A stretch of 64,000 nt of DNA from a virus. The notes under the pieces were generated by a model. The model had not been told where the DNA came from. It saw nothing but the letters and a program-made list of their open reading frames with translations, and did no database searches. The translations under genes and the position numbers were made by a program. Position 1 is the stretch's first letter. Every line of letters begins with the position of its first letter. This document shows positions 51,301 to 61,600 of this stretch, piece after piece. The DNA lies in the IMG/VR virus record IMGVR_UViG_3300028569_002801, positions 32,001 through 96,000 of that record. One strand, written 5' to 3'.

Positions 51301-54300
51301 AATTTTTAGATAATGGTTTGTAATTACAAAAACCAATAAATTGTTCTTCAAATTTATCTAACATCTCAGGAGTAAAAACTGAAAATATTTCTTCAATAGA
51401 TGAGTACTCCGATTGTGCGGATTTTAAATCAAATGGTGTTTGTGAGTCAGTATTTAATTTAATAGCCTTTAAATATTGTGTAGGTGTTGGTTTTTTAAGT
51501 AGACTATTATCAAAATACCCAAAGTGTGGTGCCGACCATAAACTTCTTACTGAACCATTATATAATGAATTATTATTAATTAATTCCTTTGTTAAAATGT
51601 TATTAGAATTGACACACTCATAAATTGATTGATCAATCGGTATCCCCCCCATAGAAGGGAATAACATAATATACTGTTGTGTTGTTCCACTTTTTTCTGC
51701 GTAGTTATAGTAATTAGTTTTTTGTAGTGATCTGTCGGGATTTAAAGTGTCAAACCCAAAATTTAAATAATTACTTGATTGGTTATTCTTACCTACCCTA
51801 AAATTATTATCATTGTACGCGTTTTGAAAATCATTTGTTGTGTATCCTGTAAATAAGTCTTTTCCATTAACAAAATTATATACAGAATTTATTACTTTAG
51901 GATAAAACCCCGTACCAATAAAGTCCTTGCTTTGTACTGATGGTATTGGGAAATTTTCAGTTTTTTGTAATACCATAGTTTGGCTATTACCACTATAATC
52001 AGGAATGGTGTACTGCGTTGTTAATCCTGAAGTTACGGGATCGTACGAACCAACATAATCAAAATTCTTCCAAACAGAATCTAATATGTCTACATTTTCA
52101 TTAACATATTTTTTATATCTATACCATATAGATCCATATTTTAAAACCCAAGCATATGGTACTTGGTGTACCGCTGAGTATTTTTTAAGTGTTGACGCTA
52201 AATAATCTAAATCAGTCGCAACATCATTCTCTATTGATTTTATTTTTTCTTTTGTGGTTATTAGTGGTAATGAATTTAAAAATAGATACCCTAATGTTGT
52301 AAATGCGTTATCTGTGTTTGTTTTGTTTTCATCAACACCCTTCACTAATGCGTTAATAAAATATGGAGTGTTAAGTAAAGAGGTTGTTTGAATTTGAGTT
52401 CCAACATTTCCTGAATATGAATTACCATAATTAACATAAGATTCAGTAATATAAAAATCTTTGATTTCCCTTCCACTATAAAAATTTTTAAGAGCTAACT
52501 GACTATTAATTGGTGCGTTTGTTGTTGCTAAGTATGGTTGTGCTCCGTTATTTAGTGTTCTAAAATCACTTAATAAACTTAAGTTTGTATATTTTTCAGT
52601 CTCATTAATTCTTGCAATAGTCTTTTTGTCATCTAAATAAATGAACGTCTTTGTTGTGTCGTTGAATTGTTCTACACCTCCTACGGTATTACCGTTAGAT
52701 GTGTTTCCACTAACCCAACTTAAATTAGTGAATGGGTACGTATCTAAAAAACTAATTTTAGATGAGTCCGTACTTTCTAAATATTCTTTTAAATTTTTAG
52801 ATAATTCTAAATCAGACGAAATTTTTATAGATCTATTAGATAATGTATCAATACTATATATGTCGTTTGTTGATTTTAATAAATTATCAATATATTCAGT
52901 CTTATATTTACTTCTTATGTATGTTTGCCAACTTTCACCTTGCCCACTATTTGATATCTTCTTAAGATATGTAATAAAATCATTATAATTAAATTTATAA
53001 TTTTTTAATATCTGATTTAATTCTATATTATTACCAATAGAGTTTGATATATTTTTACTTTCTATGTCACCATAAAATTTATCAATTTGTTTTTTAGATA
53101 TTTCTTCGTTAATAAATTTAGTATAATACGAAGATAGGTATGTTCTTTCAAATAATTCATAAAAGAAAGGGATAGCAACTAAGTCTTGGTATGGTGCAGT
53201 TTTAAATGGAAACTCAATCGCGTTAGCCGAAACATAACTACTGTAATCTGCCAAATTATTATATACATTAGCAGATGTAGGTTTAGACGTTTCTGTCGCT
53301 CCTTTTAAATATGCTTCAACGAAACCAATTTCCGGCCATATTCTATAGTCATACGCCTTTGTTTGTTTAATAACTTTAGAGTCACCAGGGTATTGTATTG
53401 TATATAGTTCTCTACCGTCAGCCTGTTTTTCTTTAATAAAATATAACGGCCAAGGATAAATAACATTATCTTTATCTAACGTTCCACTAGATGATTGTAT
53501 TGAGTTGAGTCCGTCAACTGAAAAACTTTTATCGGGTGGTATTACCGCTAATAGTCTTGCGGTTTCATTTCTTACGTCCCAAGCGGCTTGGTGTGTGTCT
53601 TCCATTAATCTATAAAAGGCGTCTGCCCCTGCAAAAATAATGGCAAAAATATTTCTTATTGTTGGTTTAAACCCTAACCCCCCTTGTGCTGGATTTTTTA
53701 ATGATCTGTCCGCTAATATTTGAGAAAGATTCCTTTCAATTATCTCCTCATTTGTTGCCAAAGTTTTTTCAGCGTCATCAATATCATCTAAAAAACTATT
53801 GGGTACATATGACCCATCAGATACTGTTTTATCACCAAAAACAAAGTAAGTGGTATCATCATCAACCCATTCTTTTTTTTCGTTTAATACTTTTTCTTTA
53901 AGTAGTTTGTTTTTATCCTCATCTAACTTAAACTTTTCAAAATCATTTTTTCCTTGTTCAGTTGATAAGTCTACAGGTTTATTAAATCTAAAAAAATATG
54001 TGTTTTGTAAATCGTTAGTATTATTAATCCACGCCTCAAAATTTAATTTTTTTAATACGTCATTTTTATTTTTAATTTTTAATGGTATTTCTCTTTTACC
54101 TCCTTTACCAAAAGTTTTATTATTATTTAATTTATCTAAATAATATTTAATTCTTTCTTCAATTTTTGTTTTATAATCTTCTTTTGTTTGATATTCAATG
54201 TCTTTTTTAAATGGGTAATAAATTAATTTTTGATCACCACTAACATAAAAACTACTTTTATCTAAAAACTTATCAATTGAATTTGTGTATACACTTTTTC

Positions 54301-55339
54301 TTAATGATTGTAGGGTTTCTCTATAATCTTGTATGTCGTTTAGTTGTGAAAAATCCCCCTGATTAGCGGCATCTTGTTGTAGTTTAGTTGCGTAATTTTC
54401 AACTCTATACTTAAACTCATCTATAGATAGTTGTGGAAAATCGTCGGGTATTAATCCCTTTCTTTTATATATTTCATAAACCTCATCTAATTTTTGTCTA
54501 CCCTTATATGTGTTTTTTGTTTGTAACGTATTGTTACTGTTATCCCTATATGTGATTTCAGTATTATACATTTTAGGGGCAGTTACCGCATATTGTAAAG
54601 GAGTGTCAAATAATAGTGCAGTAAACTTACCAACAAGTTTTAAACTGATATCATAATTTCCGGTATTTGAATCGAACCTAGCATTAAAGGATAGTAAAGA
54701 TAAACGATATCTAATCGCCTTTCCGTAATAACCCTTTAGTGTTAAATAAAATAATGGGTATGGAAAATTAAAGAATGCAGAATATATAGAACTATCCCCT
54801 TGTTCAAAAAGTGTCCTTCCTTGTATGTCTGTCATTTCAATGTTAACTTCAGGAACCCCCGTCCCTTTAACATTAACCCTAATTGATTTAATACCCAACA
54901 TTTGGGTATCTTCGTGTCTTGTAATTGAATTTTTAAATCTTGATTTACCGTCAATGGTTACGACTTGTTCGGTTTTTTGATTTGCCCCCTTACCTAATCT
55001 TGATTCAAACCCTGTTAATTGATCAGACCAACTACTATCAAACGAGGTTTTACCTTTTGGTTTTAAAAAGTTTATTTTTAAATCGTCATCCCCTTGAAAT
55101 AATGTTGCAACGGTTGTATTAACAACTGGCGAATCAAATGTCTCACCTATCGCCAATTTTGTTCGTGGGATTATAAATGTTTCTAAGTTAGCGTAATAAA
55201 CTAAATCTTCATGATCCACCAATCTTGGTGCCGCCTGATTATTCTCGTCGTAAATTTGGTTCGGGTTTACTAAGAGTATGTTATCGTACTCCATTTCAAC
55301 AAATATTTTTTTTGTTTGTTTTAGTCTTTTATCTGCCAT
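48380..55339 (-). CDS. giant baseplate hub-like protein (gp27/gpD-like termini)
   Basis: C-terminal SCGVESMGNVMIQPTMYFVL...GPYWIYEVDHNISENGFTTKFKGTR is a hub-type motif; follows the gp53-like gene; start reassigned to MADKR at 55339. Confidence 0.7.
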   Translation of the reverse strand: MADKRLKQTKKIFVEMEYDNILLVNPNQIYDENNQAAPRLVDHEDLVYYANLETFIIPRTKLAIGETFDSPVVNTTVATLFQGDDDLKINFLKPKGKTSFDSSWSDQLTGFESRLGKGANQKTEQVVTIDGKSRFKNSITRHEDTQMLGIKSIRVNVKGTGVPEVNIEMTDIQGRTLFEQGDSSIYSAFFNFPYPLFYLTLKGYYGKAIRYRLSLLSFNARFDSNTGNYDISLKLVGKFTALLFDTPLQYAVTAPKMYNTEITYRDNSNNTLQTKNTYKGRQKLDEVYEIYKRKGLIPDDFPQLSIDEFKYRVENYATKLQQDAANQGDFSQLNDIQDYRETLQSLRKSVYTNSIDKFLDKSSFYVSGDQKLIYYPFKKDIEYQTKEDYKTKIEERIKYYLDKLNNNKTFGKGGKREIPLKIKNKNDVLKKLNFEAWINNTNDLQNTYFFRFNKPVDLSTEQGKNDFEKFKLDEDKNKLLKEKVLNEKKEWVDDDTTYFVFGDKTVSDGSYVPNSFLDDIDDAEKTLATNEEIIERNLSQILADRSLKNPAQGGLGFKPTIRNIFAIIFAGADAFYRLMEDTHQAAWDVRNETARLLAVIPPDKSFSVDGLNSIQSSSGTLDKDNVIYPWPLYFIKEKQADGRELYTIQYPGDSKVIKQTKAYDYRIWPEIGFVEAYLKGATETSKPTSANVYNNLADYSSYVSANAIEFPFKTAPYQDLVAIPFFYELFERTYLSSYYTKFINEEISKKQIDKFYGDIESKNISNSIGNNIELNQILKNYKFNYNDFITYLKKISNSGQGESWQTYIRSKYKTEYIDNLLKSTNDIYSIDTLSNRSIKISSDLELSKNLKEYLESTDSSKISFLDTYPFTNLSWVSGNTSNGNTVGGVEQFNDTTKTFIYLDDKKTIARINETEKYTNLSLLSDFRTLNNGAQPYLATTNAPINSQLALKNFYSGREIKDFYITESYVNYGNSYSGNVGTQIQTTSLLNTPYFINALVKGVDENKTNTDNAFTTLGYLFLNSLPLITTKEKIKSIENDVATDLDYLASTLKKYSAVHQVPYAWVLKYGSIWYRYKKYVNENVDILDSVWKNFDYVGSYDPVTSGLTTQYTIPDYSGNSQTMVLQKTENFPIPSVQSKDFIGTGFYPKVINSVYNFVNGKDLFTGYTTNDFQNAYNDNNFRVGKNNQSSNYLNFGFDTLNPDRSLQKTNYYNYAEKSGTTQQYIMLFPSMGGIPIDQSIYECVNSNNILTKELINNNSLYNGSVRSLWSAPHFGYFDNSLLKKPTPTQYLKAIKLNTDSQTPFDLKSAQSEYSSIEEIFSVFTPEMLDKFEEQFIGFCNYKPLSKNLILKEEIIDPSYTNSNKVANIAQKRLYNQILSLFLVNKSGITFVNEDVDGKTLAQKQMATFTSSLKEFLNFDCVLKLGNPGNFDRRLFNSFSNLKEFVPEFEKYTFNPYVKGTLPGDGTNVTLLQSVTQNQDAWNTLRTYLGFSSIYGIDYPGQPNPAFPSTTPSATTTPSATTTPSATTSPTSAITPSTHYTFQSCCSPNEIFNVVIPLNTSDVVTTGSTYVEGEVYYLEAIESFTPNSTNFCARKIANTTTFNPPNQPQTLFLIKTYTLDYDEYPYPNDTNAAVKCLTYKIPSQNCLSQHQQQQNLTPQQQLPANQPQPVVPLFGTPKSTVADFFIDNDIEFTSDNVIKTYPLIRLYAQKKLDNPNLNKQTFTTLINQFLTDQKSIQEKILNQTFLNLNKDLNNITVKDNTTNSVTGDVGKLSLYNTLKGFNDKWIAGSDLKYVTLFEDFLFMDRANSDVGDVYVVDVDKIVKRLDTQNNPDMNLMTVVSNILGDNQFMFFAMPAYINFYGIQTAIKNGQSIDIEIPNSLFGTYLEVDYTKSSPKFLCLYMGNPSEYPKPKENSFIRFDDDSFDLRITDNPLRISDPKRDYSKTNRVVGFSVDFGIQNQNMFKNLDLDMSEMKNTSESFKVFADIGGSVAGDKVAQQSVSMYSIYKSRSYSCGVESMGNVMIQPTMYFVLRHVPLFYGPYWIYEVDHNISENGFTTKFKGTRIPKYSLPNVDNLLINVNQKILQSYKEKNKKTNTPTSGETLINTDPTIKTTKTGTDACKEKTKYTSLPFVDVKRTAITYEELLPIIKAETTNSALRALLLGIALTRPVNSYETDLALLNSINNNLYEISTETKHNGSLDTYLKEQTCVDIMGVSVALASFLDTTTSTKFMVSFYQSMIPLIESLKTLNIDTNEYKQYGKALAQICYTTWNTPVAFGPPPLTAEQIKNEVINNTNTKVISVYNNYVTIFTTLYENFVLNPN
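50763..50818. repeat. perfect 18-nt tandem repeat x3 encoding (TTPSAT)n
   Basis: gtagtcgcacttggcgtt at 50763, 50781 and 50799. Confidence 0.95.
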
Positions 55340-55646
55340 AATAAAAAATATGTGTATCCAGGGCAGATTTGTAGTCTTGCAGGGCAGCAACTAACGGAAA
55401 AGGTACAACTAATATTGTTCCATCGGGTATGTTCGTCTCCAATCCTCCATATAATGGGTTTGCCATCATTATTAACCAACCAAAATATGGTGCTCCATAT
55501 TTTTCGTAACTTATCTTATCTAACCTACTTTGATTTTTTCTATAAATATATCTTTGATCTGACGATCTTGCAGGTAAACTTAAAAATGGTACTACGGTTT
55601 GTTTACCATTAATTAAAAAATTACCATATCTATCATAATATTGCAT
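55329..55646 (-). CDS. baseplate wedge protein, gp53/tail X/LysM-like
   Basis: RLDKISYEKYGAPYFGWLIMMANP...IPDGTILVVP. Confidence 0.85.
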   Translation of the reverse strand: MQYYDRYGNFLINGKQTVVPFLSLPARSSDQRYIYRKNQSRLDKISYEKYGAPYFGWLIMMANPLYGGLETNIPDGTILVVPFPLVAALQDYKSALDTHIFYYGR

Positions 55647-55647
55647 A

Positions 55648-58600
55648 TTAATTAAACGTTTTTTTCAAATTAAATTTATTCCACTGTGAGTTTTGATCCG
55701 ACCACACCTCTTTTAAATTAGTATCATTAGGTGGATTAATAGGGTTTTGAGTCTCATAGTTTAAAATCCTAGTTTTTTCCTTATTATATGGATTATAGGT
55801 GTTGTATTTATTTTTATAGAAATTATCATTGAATGACTTAAATCTATTATCAACATTAGTTTTTGATTTATTATAACTATCAACTAATCCCGTATCTTTA
55901 GTGTAGAATGTTACACCAAAATATGCCTTCCAATTATCTTTCGTTTGAGTATCCTCATTTTTCAATCCATTATCAACAACATCATTACTAAACCCTTCAG
56001 CGTCTAAAGCAATATCTTTTCCAAATAACATAAAAAATCTATTTTCAGGTGGTGTTGTATATGACGGATCATCTGCAATATATGTATTAAACACAAATGT
56101 ATCATTAAACGAATCGGTATCCCCTGATGCGATAATTTTTGTTTCGTATAGTTTGTTATAATATTCATTTAAATCTGAACGTATTTTTAAGAAATCTTGT
56201 ACAAGTTCTGAATAGGTGTCAGTCACACCAACACTTGCAGGATCAACACCTGTTCCCCCACTTAAACTATACATAACAACACTACCGTTTTTAGCGATAT
56301 AACCGTCATTAGCACTTGTTACAAAATTTAATTTATCAATTGTACTGATTAATTTTAATTCCTCATTTGCAATTGTCGTATTACAATTTTCTAATAATGC
56401 CAAAAGTACGGAACCCCTATCATCAATTAATTTTTTAATTTGTCTTTTTATTTTTCTTATATCTGAATCTGCAAAATTTTGGTATTGTACTTCAGGTAAT
56501 AAAGGGCACGTTCCATCATCAACATCGTTTTTTGCTTCTTTTACTAGTAATTCAATTTTATTTTGTATTGATTCCGATTTACCGTATATATTTGCAGTGT
56601 TTGTTGTGTTACCTGTTAAATAGTCAAATAACCCATCAGTGAATTTCCTATCTTTTGTCGACATTAAAAGCCCCCCTAATAGATAATTTTCATTAATTTT
56701 TTCTAAATTGGTAATTGTAGTGTCAGCGTACGATTTTGTTTGATCAGCTAATGTTTTCATAATATCTTGATATGATATTGTCCCGTAAGCCTTTTGAGTA
56801 TTTAAATCATATGAGTTTGTTTTTATAGCTCCAATAGTATCTCCAGCATCATTTGTTCTTTGTTTTACAGGATCATCTTTTATACCTAACTGATCTTTTA
56901 TGTCTGCCAAGATTTCAGCATCGTATTGTGATGTTGCATCCTCAGTGGAGTCAGCCCTTTCATCATAGATTTCAGTGTTTGCGTAGTAATTAAAAGACAG
57001 TGCGTTTTGTAGTTTAGCTATTGGTGCTGCCAATCCATGTCCACCAATAAAATTAAAACTAACACTAATGTCAGCAATCATTGGCTGTACACCAATACCT
57101 TCGGGATTTAAATCAAATTTTGCATCTTCATATTTAATACTTAATGAGTCGATTGCTATTTTTGTGTGAAAGAAATCCCCAATTCTTAAAACACATATAG
57201 GTGGAGCCCCAAATACACTGTTTGTTACATCGTTGTAAATTAACTTTGTGTTTTCTCCGTCTTTTGATACTGTAGGTATCGTGTCTCCGGGTCTCATACA
57301 TTGTTGTAAAAACGTTAATCTAGCATTTAACCCTTCAGGAGTTATTGAATGGAAAACCGGATGAAAATGTTTAAGTTTACTTTTTAAACCATCATATATC
57401 ATAGGATCCCTTTGTTTTACTAATTCAAAATAATTACACTCGGTTAATAATTTTCTTGCAAGTCTTTTGGTTAAGTCTTGTCTTGGTTGGGTTGTTCTTT
57501 TTACTATAGGGTCTTGTTTTTGTCTTGTTGTTGTATAACCTGCAGGATCATTACTTGGGATTCCTGATGTTGTGGTACTACCATTTCCCGGATTTTCTTC
57601 AGGTTCAGTAAATACTTCCTCATTAGGCGGGTTATCGTTTGTTTGCGTTGATGGTGGTTGCTCAACATCTACCTGTGGTGGTGCCTCATGTTTTACATCA
57701 AGTATCCTAACACGTCTACACGCCATAGCATTTACTGATACCGTACCCTCATTACTATCACTTTTATAATCTCTACTACAATCAATGTATTTGTATTTTG
57801 GATCGATGATATTAGTCGTCTCACCTTCGGGTGTTTGTGTTATTGTTAAATTTTTTCCTATTTCATTTTTTAGTTTTACTCCATCATATTCAAAGTTAGA
57901 TATAAATTGTAATACTGAATCTATTCTTCTTTTTGATAAATCTAAGTTGTATCCAGTGTTAGTTACTGCTGATGCTGATGATTTTAAAGTGAAAGATATT
58001 TTACCTCCTTGTTTTAATGCAATACAAACCTGCGTTAAAAACGCCTTTACTTCTTCAAACTCAGCATCAATATACCCAAAAAATTCATTAATTGAGTCTA
58101 TTCTTGTCTCAATATAGTCTCCTAAATATTTTTCTTGTAATTCTATTGCTCCGTTTATAATTGTATTAACATAATCAACATAAGTTGCATCACCATATTT
58201 AATTATTTTTTTTCTTGCTGCTCCAAAATTTCTTATACCATCACTACCCCCTGTATCATAAAGTGGTTTTAAATTCTTATATGCTATAAGTGTTTGATCG
58301 TAAGATTTACCAGCTTTAGTTGGTTCTGTTGATGATTTCATTCTTGGGAAATCGTTATGGAAAAAAAATAATGGTTCGGTAAACTTTAATACTTCTGGCT
58401 CAGGTGGTTCGGTAAACACATCTATAGTTGATACTGTAGGTGTTGGCGTTGGGTTAGGTATTGGTGTTGGTGTTGGATTAGGTATTACATCCTCATCAAC
58501 CAAGTTTTCAACAGTCTCATTAGGCAACATTTCAGTAACCGTTATTATATCTTCCGGATAGATTATTTCTTCCATTACCTGAAAAACATCATTAGGCGTA

Positions 58601-61600
58601 AACATTGGGAATTTTTTAACTAAATCATATAAATCGTATTTAGTACATCCAGCAAAAAATGAATCTAAAACTTTTGTTATTTCAGATTCAGGTGTTAAAT
58701 TTTCTAACTCTCTATCTAAAATAACATTCATAATAGATGGGTGATCCACAATAATTTTCCAACTTACATTACCTTTTCTTGTTGTATTACTATACGTATA
58801 TATTGGTTCAGGTCTTCCTAAGAACGTATTATCCGTCCAATTAGTATTAATTGATTCGTCAAAATTTAAATCGTATGGTGGGAACCACATAATTCTACCT
58901 CCATTTGGTCCCTTTTCACAATCAGGTAAATCTTCATACGTATATCCAGGTCTATTTGATGTTCTCCAAGACAAATTTTCTAATGAGAACATATATTTTT
59001 TCACCTTTCCTCCTTGAATATTTGTCGATTCGGTTCCTTTCCAAGGAGCAATATTTAAATTAAATGTGTTATCCAACACTGAATTTGTAAATTTACGACC
59101 CGACGTTGTTATACCATCGGTTTTTTGTAACTCATCATGTGAATAGTATGGACGATCTTTAGTGAATACCCTACAATACTCATATCCCTTTGCCGTTGCG
59201 GTTCTATCCTCTTTAGGTAACGATGTTTTTGTTGTGTATCTCACAACTCTTGACCCCTTAGTTAACTCAATATACCCATCATTAAAAACTTTAGACACTT
59301 GGTTTATTGCATTACCTACGTGTTGGAGTTTGTTTGCTGATCTATTTCCAGCATCTATTAATTTTTGTGTAACATCTAATATTGAATTTTCCGTAAATTC
59401 ATAATTAGTGGACTTTGTTGGTTCATATACTGAACTAATGTTTGAAAAATTATATTTACTATTATCTTTAAACGCTTCTCCTCCAGGACCAGCAAAATCT
59501 CCAGGTAATATATAATTTTTACTCCCTCTACCTGCTTTAGAAATCCAAGTAAATCCTGCTTGTACACCATTTAATCCGTCAAAATATGGACGACTATTTA
59601 ATCCACTATATATTTCACTTATTTTTGTCCCCTCATATTCCTCACCAACTTTACCATATGAAAATACCGCACTTCTGTCTGTTGCAATACCTTTAATTTT
59701 ACTTTCAGGTAATTCACCATCGGGTGAAACAATCTCAGTAATTGAAGATTTTCTATTTCCTATATAATATTTTCCTTGTGGTGCTAAAAGGTTATTACCA
59801 ATTTTATAATCAGGTCTAAAATTATTTAATCTTAACTGATCATATAATAAATCCCTTGTGGCAACAGATGTGAACTCGACGAATAATTCTGATGCCGATT
59901 GGTTTTTAGGTTGTAACATTCTAAATACCCCACCAATTGCACCCCCAATTGCCGATAATGGGTTATTGAATATAGCAGAACCTTTCTTATCTGGATAATC
60001 AAAATATTCTCCAGGTATGTAAGAATACGGAGAGTACGTCCCCGCTAATTTTGCCGCAAAGTTTATCGCTTGTCCTAAAAATAAAACAGGGTTAGTGATT
60101 GAGTAATTTCTAGATATTATAGGTATTTGTCCTGATAATATACCAAGAGCGTTAAACGGATCTAAGTTTGGTTCTGCAGATATTTGTCCCGTATCAGGGT
60201 TAACTTGAGAATTTAATAAATTTACCCTACCAAGTGTTTGTTGTAGTAACTCTAACGCTACTCTATGTTTAAATTCTTTTTGTAGTTGTTTTGCTGCAAG
60301 ATTTGCAAGTGCCGAATCTTGTGATAAATTACCATCTGAACCACTTGGATCATTACTTATTAGTATACTTGCAGGACTATATGTAGAAGGTAGAAATATA
60401 AACGTATTATCAGAATTTGCATATGGTAATCCCGTATTTGGTATTTCTAAATCGTCTATTGTTAATATTGGGTATTTACCGTTACCTGTGACATATTTGT
60501 TTATTATATATGCGTCATTTGCTTCAACATCACCAACATTTTCTAATTCACTATCAATAGTATCAGGAAACCCATACTCACCTTCATTAGTTTTTACTTG
60601 GTAATTTTGATTAATAATAACAGAATCTTTATCTATAATCTGAGGTCCGTACTGATTTGTTGCAATAAGTATCGGTCTATCAAGTTTACCCTCTTGATAT
60701 AAATCACTATTTATTGTGTCTCCGTAGTTATAGTTACCTCTTGGTTGGATTGGTTTTGGTATAAACGCAAACGGTGAAACTTCCGTCTCACTTTGCCCTC
60801 CTTCAGGTCTATATATGTTTTTAACTATTAAAGTTATTTTAGTCTCCCCCCCAATAGTTTCTAAATCACTACCAAACGTATCCCAAAAATTATAATTACC
60901 TTCATTAGAACCTAATGTTAAAACATTATTTATATCGTAACGACTATTACCATATTGCGTACTATTCTCAGGTGAATATTTGTTTTTAACTATTAGTACT
61001 GTCTCTTGAACATTACCTATTTGGTATAGGTAACTGTTAAATGTGTCGTCTATTGTGTATAATCCACTACCTGTCGTTAATATAGATTGGTTATCATTAA
61101 TATACCAAACGGTATTTCCGTAATCTTGTGATGTTGATGGTTTATAAACATTTTTAAGTTTATGAAACACTTCTTGAGTATTCCCTATTTGGTATAGATA
61201 ACTGTTAAACGTGTCGTCAATGGTGTATATTCCAGAACCTGTACTTAATATAGTTTGATCATTATTAATTGAGTAAACAGTATTACCATAGTCATCAGGA
61301 CTTGTCGGTTTATATAGGTTTTTTACTTTATGAAAAATTTCTTGATTATTTCCAATTTGGTAAAGGTAACTATTAAGGGTGTCTTGAATGGTATATTCAC
61401 CATCGCCCATAGTTAAAATATTTTGATCGTTATTAATGTACCAAACAGTATTACCAAAATCACCTAAACCAAATGGTTTATATACGTTTCTAACTTTGTG
61501 TACAACTTCTTGATTGTCACCTATTGTCTCTAATTTACTACCTATAGTTAGTGGATAACCGTAATTACCTAAATTAGTATTACCAAGTAATGTGGTGTTA

